The notes under the pieces were generated by a model. That model did no database searches. It worked only from the letters and a program-made list of their open reading frames with translations, and was not told the origin of the DNA. A stretch of 64,000 nucleotides of DNA. Origin: an uncultured virus (IMG/VR IMGVR_UViG_3300037067_004081). Lineage: Duplodnaviria; Heunggongvirae; Uroviricota; Caudoviricetes. The stretch is taken from the IMG/VR virus record IMGVR_UViG_3300037067_004081; one strand, 5' to 3'. This document shows, one piece after another, positions 1 through 8,600 of this stretch; position 1 is the stretch's first letter; every line of letters starts with the position of its first letter. The position numbers were made by a program, and so were the translations under genes.

Positions 1-222
1 TGATTATTTCTACATCAAGGTGCTCGATGTTCTTCAGAGTAAAGGGAACATGAGAGCAAAGAACCTGATTGAAGTCTTCTTATCAAAATGCGATGATCTG
101 CAGAATTGCTCAATGAAGCAACTGCGTGATATTTCTGGAATGAGTTCATCAGATTTCAAACTAGCATTAGCAGAGCTTTCACAATTTTGAAAATAACCTG
201 AACCAACTTACCACTTTGGAGG

Positions 223-229
223 TATAATA
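223..229 (+). promoter_or_regulatory. Candidate -10 box TATAATA (also at gene boundaries 14312, 18057, 27004, 34884)
   Basis: TATAATA preceded by G-rich bases at five gene boundaries; no clear -35; some copies also occur inside ORFs. Confidence 0.45.
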
Positions 230-234
230 ACAAC

Positions 235-1008
235 ATGGCAAAATCGACAGCGAAAGTGATTGACAAAAAGGTGCCTTGCGGCTTTTGTGGAAAAGAATTC
301 AATGTTCCTTCTGCAATCAAAGAAGGCTTGATTGATGAAAACCAGATCTGCAAGGGGTGTCACAAAAAGTTTGCGGATGATCCATCAAACTGTTTCGGCA
401 AGCAAGACCCCAAAACCGGCAAGACCTTGTCAAGTGATCCAAACTGCAAGGCTTGCGAATATCTGAAGGCTTGTGCCGCGTGGCCCAAGAATGTTGTAGT
501 ATTCATTGAACCGGCTGAAGAAGAAGACAAAGGAGAAGAGAATAACATGAGCACAGAGAAACCCACACCGCCCACTGCAGCTGCAAAAGGCAAAGGGAAA
601 GGTGCCAAAGCCACCACTGCAGCTGCAAAAGGCAAAGGGAAAGGTGCCAAAGCCACCACTGCCACCAAAACTCCTGAACCCCAGGCATCAACCAAGGGAA
701 AAGGAACCAAAGCTGCTGCAACCACCAAGACCAAGGAACCGGCTGAACCTAAAGGTGAGATGATTGAGTATGCTCCCAACTGCAGCTTCAGGAAGGGCAC
801 CAGCATCGAGATCGCCTGCAGCATTCTGACGGCAAAGAAGTCCATCACGTTGCCTGATGCTGTTGACAAATTCAAAGCCTCTGGTGCAGAATCCGGCAAT
901 CCTGATGCCAGAGTGCTGCGTGCATTCAAGTATCTCAAAGATGCTGGAGTCATGACCCGCGAAGTCAAAGGTGATGTTGTAACCTTCACATTCACAGGCA
1001 AGAAGTAG
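235..1008 (+). CDS. Putative DNA-binding protein: Cys-rich Zn-binding N-terminus, Lys/Ala-rich linker, C-terminal winged-helix-like domain
   Basis: CGFC...CKGC and C...CKAC...C motifs; AAAKGKGKGAKAT repeats; C-terminus ARVLRAFKYLKDAGVMTREVKGDVVTFTF resembles a wHTH; GGAGG upstream. Confidence 0.6.
   Translation: MAKSTAKVIDKKVPCGFCGKEFNVPSAIKEGLIDENQICKGCHKKFADDPSNCFGKQDPKTGKTLSSDPNCKACEYLKACAAWPKNVVVFIEPAEEEDKGEENNMSTEKPTPPTAAAKGKGKGAKATTAAAKGKGKGAKATTATKTPEPQASTKGKGTKAAATTKTKEPAEPKGEMIEYAPNCSFRKGTSIEIACSILTAKKSITLPDAVDKFKASGAESGNPDARVLRAFKYLKDAGVMTREVKGDVVTFTFTGKK
572..662 (+). repeat. Perfect 42-nt tandem duplication (TAAAKGKGKGAKAT x2)
   Basis: ccactgcagctgcaaaaggcaaagggaaaggtgccaaagcca at 572 and 614, partial copy at 656. 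Confidence 0.95.
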
Positions 1009-1037
1009 TCTGCCCTGTGCCGGCAATGAACCAACTC

Positions 1038-1080
1038 AAACAAGGTGCCCTGTAGTGTGTGGGTGCCTTGTTTAGTTTTT
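1038..1080 (+). terminator. Intrinsic terminator
   Basis: AAACAAGGTGCCC / GGGTGCCTTGTTT stem followed by a T-run. Confidence 0.7.
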
Positions 1081-1096
1081 GGAGAAAGGAATTGAC

Positions 1097-2062
1097 ATGT
1101 ACATTCTTGGGGCAGGATTGGCTGGGTGTATTGCTGGCATTCTGAATGGTGATGCGGTGATCCTAGAGAAGGCCAAATCAGCAGATGAAATCCCAGCCCA
1201 CAAAGCGCTGCTCAGATTCAGATCTGACAAGATTGCCCGAATAGCAGGAGTGGAATTTGACAAGGTGGTTGTCAGGAAGTCCATATGGTATGATGGCAAG
1301 GAGTATCGCCAGCCAACAATCCGATTTGCCAACATGTATTCAAGAAAGGTAAGCAATGGATATTTTGAGCGCTCCATCCTGAATCTGAATGATGCAGAGC
1401 GCTGGATTGCTCCAGACAACTTCCATGAGATACTGCTGCAACGATGCAAGCATCAGATCCAATATGGCAGTCAGGTTTCTTATATAAATGAGAACAAGAT
1501 AACAGTTGATGGCTCTGGACTCATGTATCTGGACCGAGCAGGAAGCGCAGTCATCAGCACTCTTCCTCTTCCATTCGTTTGCAAGCTGCTAGGCATCGAA
1601 ACAGAGCTGAAGTTTGAGCAAAAGCCTATCTGTGTCAGGCGATTCAGATTGGCCAACTGCAATCTATATCAAACCATATATTATCCTGCACCAGACTTCT
1701 CTGTGTATCGAGCATCCATCATAAGGGACAACCTGATCATTGAATATTTTGAAGACAGAAGTGATGCTGGTGAGATTGATATTATATTTAATAATTTTGG
1801 TATCAATCCAGCGGATATAATATCAACAGCAGGAAGGGTATCAAAGCAGCAAGGGAAGATATCCCCAGTTGATGACAGGATGCGAAAGGAATTGATTTTC
1901 AAAATGTCCGTTGAAAGAGGTGTCTACAGCCTGGGCAGATTCGGAGTTTGGCGCAACATCCTTCTTGATGATGTTTATGAAGATGTTCTGCAGATTCGCC
2001 GCATGATTGGAAAAACAGATTATGATAACAAACTTGCCTCTATGAAAGGAGACTCACAGTGA
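1097..2062 (+). CDS. FAD-dependent oxidoreductase (UDP-galactopyranose-mutase/HemY-like fold)
   Basis: YILGAGLAG...ILEK Rossmann motif; C-terminal SLGRFGVWR FAD motif; ATG 1097 after AAGGA. Confidence 0.8.
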   Translation: MYILGAGLAGCIAGILNGDAVILEKAKSADEIPAHKALLRFRSDKIARIAGVEFDKVVVRKSIWYDGKEYRQPTIRFANMYSRKVSNGYFERSILNLNDAERWIAPDNFHEILLQRCKHQIQYGSQVSYINENKITVDGSGLMYLDRAGSAVISTLPLPFVCKLLGIETELKFEQKPICVRRFRLANCNLYQTIYYPAPDFSVYRASIIRDNLIIEYFEDRSDAGEIDIIFNNFGINPADIISTAGRVSKQQGKISPVDDRMRKELIFKMSVERGVYSLGRFGVWRNILLDDVYEDVLQIRRMIGKTDYDNKLASMKGDSQ

Positions 2063-2907
2063 AGATAGTTGAACCAACAGTTGAAATAATAAACGCAACA
2101 CCGAATGCTCTGGAGCTGATGTTGCTCACCAAGTCCACCAGATTGAAAGGTGGAGCAGGATTGGCAGAGATCACCAGCTGGCCGATGGGAAAGAAGCTTT
2201 CTGAATTGGCCTACATGAAGGACACCATCAAGTCTTCATGGGAGTTTGTTGACTATGTGTTCCTGATCACAGGAGTCAGCAGGGTGTTCACTCATCAGTT
2301 TGTCCGCACTCGAACAATGGCTGGGGTTGATGATCCTGCCTTTGGTGCTCCAGAAGGGAATGCAGCAGTGGCCAGCTTTGCTCAGGAAGCCCAGAGAACC
2401 ATTGATGCATCTGACAACGGCTTCTCTATTCCGAATGGGGCCAAGCTGGCCCCAGTCTATGAGAATGCATATTTCATTGCCAATGAAGAATACAAGGCTG
2501 CGTTGGCCTCTGGTGAGAATTATCAGGATGCCAGGTCAATCCTTCCGAATGCCATCACCACCTCCATCATGGCCAAGATCAGTCTGCGGGTGCTCAGTGA
2601 TATGGCCAATGTTCGGCTGTGCACCAGAGCACAAGGAGAATATCAGAAGGTATTCAGAATGATGCGGCAGGCAGTATATCAGCTGCATCCCTGGACAGAA
2701 GGATGGATTGATGTATATTGCGTCAACCATGGCAGCTGCTGTTTCCCGCGATATGCCAAGTGCCCTATTCAGGCGCACACCTTCAATCCTGAAACCGGAG
2801 TTGCCTGTGATGGCCGATTGCCATACAACCGGAATGAACTGCGCAAATTCTGGGAGAAGACCATACATGAAGCCAATCCTGTGGCCAAAGATGGGAGGAC
2901 ACAATAA
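2059..2907 (+). CDS. thyX: Flavin-dependent thymidylate synthase (ThyX)-like protein, divergent active site
   Basis: WEFVDYVFLITGVSRVFTHQFVRTR, DARSILP, RLCTRAQGE; signature altered to RTR-x20-SFAQEAQR. Confidence 0.85.
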   Translation: MKIVEPTVEIINATPNALELMLLTKSTRLKGGAGLAEITSWPMGKKLSELAYMKDTIKSSWEFVDYVFLITGVSRVFTHQFVRTRTMAGVDDPAFGAPEGNAAVASFAQEAQRTIDASDNGFSIPNGAKLAPVYENAYFIANEEYKAALASGENYQDARSILPNAITTSIMAKISLRVLSDMANVRLCTRAQGEYQKVFRMMRQAVYQLHPWTEGWIDVYCVNHGSCCFPRYAKCPIQAHTFNPETGVACDGRLPYNRNELRKFWEKTIHEANPVAKDGRTQ

Positions 2908-3515
2908 TGCCAGGCAAGGATGGGAAGTTTGTTGCTTGCATTGACTTTGATGGGGTGATAAGCCAGTACCATTCTTGGAAAGGTGTTGATGAATTTGAAG
3001 AGCCTGTTGCTGGAGTGGCACAGGCTCTTTCCCTTTTGAAGAGTCTTGGCTGGATTATCATCATAAATACTTCGCGGGTTGAATCGGCGCTGCTGAGAAT
3101 GTATTTGGAAGAGAATGACATCCCATTTGATCACATCAATGAACCTCACCCTGGGTGGCAGGATAATCCTTGCAATAATGGTAAGCCACCGGCTGATGTA
3201 TATATTGATGACAAAGCGCACAGATTCAATGGCAGCTGGGCAGACACGCTGCGTTGGATTCTTCTGTCTGATATCAGGAGATGGGAGAAAAAGAAAGGCA
3301 ATCACATCCAGCATCCCAGCCACTATAATAAGGGTGGGATTGAAGTTGTTGAAGCAATTGAGGCGTGGGAGTTGGGCTGGAACCTGTCCAATGTTGTCAA
3401 GTATGTAGTAAGGGCAAGACACAAAGGACAACGGGTTGTTGACCTGAAGAAAGCTGCAGAGTACCTGCGCCGTGAAATAGTTGCAGCAGAAATCGAAAAG
3501 GAGTTGAAAGACTGA
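2907..3515 (+). CDS. HAD-family phosphatase fused to DUF3310 (T7 gp1.7-like nucleotide kinase) domain
   Basis: DFDGVI and KPPADVYIDDKA HAD motifs; HPSHYNKGGIE...NVVKYVVRARHKG...DLKKA DUF3310 pattern. Confidence 0.8.
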   Translation: MPGKDGKFVACIDFDGVISQYHSWKGVDEFEEPVAGVAQALSLLKSLGWIIIINTSRVESALLRMYLEENDIPFDHINEPHPGWQDNPCNNGKPPADVYIDDKAHRFNGSWADTLRWILLSDIRRWEKKKGNHIQHPSHYNKGGIEVVEAIEAWELGWNLSNVVKYVVRARHKGQRVVDLKKAAEYLRREIVAAEIEKELKD

Positions 3516-4276
3516 TGAGAAGGCTTTGGATAATAACAGGAGCGACGGCTGGGCTTGGTCAGCAGATATTGGCCTACATACCTGTTGAGGATATTGTCTT
3601 GAGAATTGGCAAAACCCCAATAGAGAACAGGCCTGTGGAGCGGCAGCAGATAGTTGAACTGCAAGCGGATCTTGGATTGCCCAGTCTTGTTGATGTCAAA
3701 CTTCAGCAGGCTTTTGATGAACTGTTGTGTACCAACATTGAAGTCAAACCGGCTGTGCTTATCAACTGTGCGGCAGAGAATCTAATTACACCAACCAGAT
3801 TTATTGAGGCTGATGACTTCGAAAGGATATTGAATGTCAATGTGGTTTCTCCTGCATTGATTGCTCGAACAATCCTGCATCGAGTCTGGAGGCCAGACAG
3901 TCTGGATCAATTTGTTGTTGTCAATATTGGATCCAATGCAGCAAAGGGTGCAGGTGCACATAGTCTGGCGTATGTGGCCAGCAAGCATGCACTCACTGGT
4001 GTTACAAGATCACTGGCCAGAGATTATGCTGGGCAGGCTATAATATTTCAGGTGAACTTTGGTAAGCTCGAAGGCACCAGGATGACCAATTATATTGATC
4101 AGCAGCAGGCAAAGCTAAAGGGAACATCTGTTGCTGAAGAGAGGTTGAGGCAGTCAAAGAGTTGGGCAGGTGGCATAGAGATATCGCTTGATGCAGCTGC
4201 CAACTTTGTTATGAATCTTATCTCTGATCCAGGAATCAGACAATTCAATGGAGGTATTTTTGACTATGGTTGCTGA
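3515..4276 (+). CDS. Short-chain dehydrogenase/reductase (SDR)
   Basis: ITGATAGLG, INCAA, NIGS, YVASK. Confidence 0.85.
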   Translation: MRRLWIITGATAGLGQQILAYIPVEDIVLRIGKTPIENRPVERQQIVELQADLGLPSLVDVKLQQAFDELLCTNIEVKPAVLINCAAENLITPTRFIEADDFERILNVNVVSPALIARTILHRVWRPDSLDQFVVVNIGSNAAKGAGAHSLAYVASKHALTGVTRSLARDYAGQAIIFQVNFGKLEGTRMTNYIDQQQAKLKGTSVAEERLRQSKSWAGGIEISLDAAANFVMNLISDPGIRQFNGGIFDYGC

Positions 4277-5075
4277 AAAAATAAAGATCCTTATTCTATT
4301 TGGCGGAGCAAGGCCAAACTCCATCGGCGCTGCAATCGCAAGGGCATTTGTCGATACAGACAAGTGGGCAGTTCACCTATTCGACAAGCCTGAAGTTGTC
4401 AAGGCTGAAAGCTGGGTGAATGATTATCCTGCAATAGTTATGCACAAATGCGATCTGCTGCGTGTTACAGATATCTTTGATGCCATCCAGTTGGTGGAAT
4501 CTTATGCCAATGATGATCATGAATTGGCAGGAATGATATATGCTGCAGGATTCAACCGGATCAATGCGGTGGTGGATTACCAACTTGATGATTTCGAAAA
4601 GACCATGCACCTGAATGTTACAGCTCCATTCCTCTGTATGCAGGCTGTGGTGAGACGTTTCACCAAAACAACTCCATCAGGAAAGCCATTCATCTATACC
4701 ATTCTGGGATCACAGACGGCATACATTGCCAAGACTCGCACAGCACCGTATGGAGCCAGCAAGGCAGCAGTCAACCACCTTGCAGCCTGTATGCACCGTG
4801 AACTGGCACCGGCTGGGTATCGGGTGAATGTCCTCAACTTTGGTCCTGTGCTTGATACTGACATGGATGTTATCACCCAGGATGAGCTGAAGCGGCAACG
4901 CGGTTGGGGCAAGGATGAATACCTGCATGAGTTGACAAAGAACATTCCTATCAAGCGCTTCACCAAGCCTGAAGAGATTGCCACACTGGCATTGTTCCTT
5001 CAGGAGCATCCTGAAGTTGGTGAGTTGTTTGGTGGTCGTGGTCTTAATTTTGACGGAGGTCAACTCCAAGGATAG
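4266..5075 (+). CDS. Second SDR oxidoreductase
   Basis: GGARPNSIG, YAAG, YGASK, RVNVLNFGPVLDT, PEEIA...FDGG; ATG 4266 after GGAGG. Confidence 0.85.
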   Translation: MVAEKIKILILFGGARPNSIGAAIARAFVDTDKWAVHLFDKPEVVKAESWVNDYPAIVMHKCDLLRVTDIFDAIQLVESYANDDHELAGMIYAAGFNRINAVVDYQLDDFEKTMHLNVTAPFLCMQAVVRRFTKTTPSGKPFIYTILGSQTAYIAKTRTAPYGASKAAVNHLAACMHRELAPAGYRVNVLNFGPVLDTDMDVITQDELKRQRGWGKDEYLHELTKNIPIKRFTKPEEIATLALFLQEHPEVGELFGGRGLNFDGGQLQG

Positions 5076-5080
5076 GAAGT

Positions 5081-5617
5081 TTGATGTTGTTTATATATGC
5101 CTTGATTGATCCAAGAGATAAATCAGTCAAATATATTGGTGTATCTAAGGATGTCAGGAGAAGATACAAAGAGCACTTGGCAGACTTTAGATACACCAAG
5201 AAGGCTGCTTGGATAAGAAAGATGAAAAGACTTGGTTTGGTCATAAAAGTGAAGTTGATTGAAATATGTACCAATAAAAATTGGAAATCAAGGGAGAGAT
5301 ATTGGATAAAATATTATAGCAATAATAAACTTGTCAACCTTACAAAAGGTGGAGAAGGAATATTTGGATATAGGCACTCTCAAAAAACAAAGGATAGAAT
5401 AGGAAAGGCTTCTCTTGGCGTAAAGAGAAGTGATGAGACTAAAGAGAAGCTGAGAGTTGCTGCTTTGAATAGCTGGTCAGATGATAGTTTCAGAGCAAGG
5501 CAAATTCAGAAGCTTATTGGTAACAAAAGAGGCAAGGGAAGAAAAGGAATCAAACACACAGAGGAATCGAAACAAAAGATGAGAGATTCAATAGCAAGGA
5601 GAAATAAATGCCACTAG
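5081..5617 (+). CDS. Free-standing GIY-YIG homing endonuclease with NUMOD3-like repeats
   Basis: IYALIDPRD...YIGVS...RRYKEH, ERYWI, NLTKGGEG, HTEESKQKM; AT-rich relative to neighbours. Confidence 0.85.
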   Translation: MMLFIYALIDPRDKSVKYIGVSKDVRRRYKEHLADFRYTKKAAWIRKMKRLGLVIKVKLIEICTNKNWKSRERYWIKYYSNNKLVNLTKGGEGIFGYRHSQKTKDRIGKASLGVKRSDETKEKLRVAALNSWSDDSFRARQIQKLIGNKRGKGRKGIKHTEESKQKMRDSIARRNKCH

Positions 5618-8600
5618 ATTTTGTTCATCTCCATTGTCATTCGCAATTTTCTATATTGGATGGCATTTGTAAAGTAACTGCCTTAGTTGCCAAGGCAAAA
5701 GAATTCGGAATGAAGGCTCTTGCTATCACTGATCACGGCAATGTTGATGGGGCAGTCAAATTCTATAAGGAATGCAAGAAGGCAGGCATCAAGCCTTTGG
5801 TTGGCTCTGAACTATATTGGGTGGATGAATTCGAAAAAAGCAAAGACATGAAGAGGTATCATGTGCTGGTGTTGGCCAAGAACTTCAATGGCCTGCGCAG
5901 CATAATGAAAGCCTTGACTGTTGCTCACCAGCAACAATTCTATTATCGGCCACTAGTAACATTTGATCAGGTGCTGGGCCTTGAGGATGTAGTTGTGATG
6001 ACTGCCTGTGCTTCTGGAGTCTTGGCCCATCCAGAATTTGAAGCAAAAGCAAAGAGCCTATACAGGAGATTTGGCAAGAACTTCTTTTTTGAGACCCAGC
6101 CTTGGCTGAAATTTCCTCCACAGGCTCTGGTGTATCAGAGAGCAATCCAGCTGATGAAAAAATCTGGTATTCCAATCATCGCCACCAATGATGTTCACTA
6201 TCTCAATAAGGATGAATACCTGGCCCATGAGGTGGCATTGGCAATCGGAACACACAAGCTGATGTCTGATAAGGACAGATACAAATTTGATGTGAGAGGA
6301 CTGCACCTGAGAACGGCTGCAGAGATGTATGAGACACTGATTGCAGAAGGTGCTGAAAAGAAGCTTGCCGGAATGATGGTGAATTCAAGTCTGATGGTTG
6401 CTGATAGAATTGACTTCACTATGGACAAGGTTGAAGTTGATCTGCCAATTCCTCATAGATTCAGATCCAATAAACCAAATACAAAGATCCTAGAAGACTT
6501 GGCCTGGGCAGGAATGCAGAAGAGAGGATTGACCAAAAAGAAGGAATATGTTGACCGGCTGAAACACGAATTGAATGAAGTCATCACTCTTGGTTTTGCA
6601 ACATATTTCCTTATATTGGCTGATGTCATCTGGTGGTGCAGGGAGAATGATCTGATGGTGGGCCCAGGAAGAGGGTCAGTTGGCGGCAGCATTCTGGCAT
6701 ATTGCCTATTCATCACAGAGGTTGATCCACTCCAGTATGGCCTATCATTTGAGCGCTTCATAAGTCCAGGCCGAATTGATTTGCCTGATATAGATGTTGA
6801 CTTCCAAGATGACAGAAGGGAAGAAATTGTCAGCTATTTCAGAGGCCAATATGGTGATGAGAATGTTCTGCAGGTAAGAACCTTCAATGAAATGCACGGA
6901 AGACAAGCATTGCGTGATGTGGCCAGAGTGTTCAGTGTTCCTGTTGAGGAAGTAGGGAAAGCAGCAAAGGCGATTGTCAAGCGCAGTGGTGGTGATGCTC
7001 GTGAGGATTATTCTATTGAGGATGCATTCACATTGTTTGAAGAGTGCAAGGCTTTTGCCAAGAAGTATCCAAAGGTGGTAAAGGTTGCCCAATCCCTAGA
7101 AGGGATTACAAGGCAGGGTGGTATCCATGCTGCTGGTGTTGTGATATCTGACAAGCCTCTGTATGATGGCCAGCGCTGTGTAGTGATCAGTGCCAAGGAT
7201 GGAGTGCAGTCAATCAACTGGGACAAAAAGGACTTGGATGACTTTGGCCTGATGAAGCTGGATGTGCTTGGCCTTTCCACCTTGACTGTTCTGCACAGGG
7301 CAAAGGAGTTGATAGAGAAGCATCATGGCAATACCAAGATTGTATTCGAGAATATCAACTTGGCTGATAAGAAAGTGATATTTGAATTCAACAGAGGCAA
7401 CACCATTGGTGTGTTCCAATTTGGCACCCCAGGTTTGGGGTCATATTGCAGAGAGATTGGGGTCAAATGCTTTGATGATCTTGTTGACATCAATGCACTG
7501 TGGAGGCCAGGGACACTCAAATCAGGTATGACAGCTGAGTTCAAAGAAATCAAGAATGGCAGAAAGGGTGTCACCCCAGTATCGGAATATTATGACAACA
7601 TCACCAAGGCAACCCTGGGCATCATGCTCTATCAGGAGCAGATCATGCAGGTGTTATATCAGGGTGCTGGTATTGGGTGGAGAACAGTTGACACAATTCG
7701 CAAGGCGATATCCAAGAGCGAAGGCAATGAGAAAATTGCCGGATTCAAAAAGGAGTTCACAGAAGGGTGTGCCAAGCTGGGCACCATGGCAGAGGATGAG
7801 GCTGCAGCAGTATTTGACAAGATGGTGTTCTTTGGTTCATATGGCTTCAACAAATCCCACGCTGTGGCATATACCAAAATTGGATTCTGGACTATGTGGC
7901 TGAAGGTCTATTATCCAACAGAGTTCTATTGCTCACTGATAAACTTTGCCACCCAGGATAAGCGGATGGAATATGTTGATGATGCTCGAAAGAATGGTAT
8001 CACAGTATTGCTGCCTGATGTAAACAAGTCAGGAAAGATCTGGACCATGGAAGGCCCAGGAGTAATCAGAGCAGGATTGTCAAGCATAACATCCATATCA
8101 GAAAGATCAGCAGAAGAAATCCTGAAGAGCAGATTGAAGCATTCTGACAGAATATTCCAAGACTTTGATTCATTCCTGAAGCAGGTGCCAAGGCGCACCA
8201 TCAATAAGAGAGTCATCCAGAATCTTGGCAAGAGTGGAGCATTGCGCAGTCTGGGCATCGGTGTTCTCTGCAGTCAGGATATTGATGCTGTGCTGAAAGG
8301 CAATTATGAGTTGGATGCTGATGAGAGCAACCCTGAGATTCTGCACATAGTTGGTGATGTAGTTGATTTCAGTCCATCAAGTGATCCGCTGTATAAGATA
8401 TCTGCCATTGTAGACAGGATCAAAAAGAAGATCCCATTGAATACCTTGAAGCAGGTAGCAGACAGAGAGGTGACAGGCGAATGCACCTTTGTCGGTAAGA
8501 TTGACAAGATCAAATTTTCATATCGGGATAAGGTATCAAAGGGAAGCAATGATCTTGGTGGAGCATATGGCAACTTCTATGATGGTAGTGACCATATGAT

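Noticed and set aside
1..200. 3' end of an upstream gene
   Set aside because: Too short to assign
360..1043. Long minus-strand ORFs (also 2769-3620, 49248-49967, 52100-52702)
   Set aside because: Antisense shadows of well-supported + strand genes; no motifs or RBS
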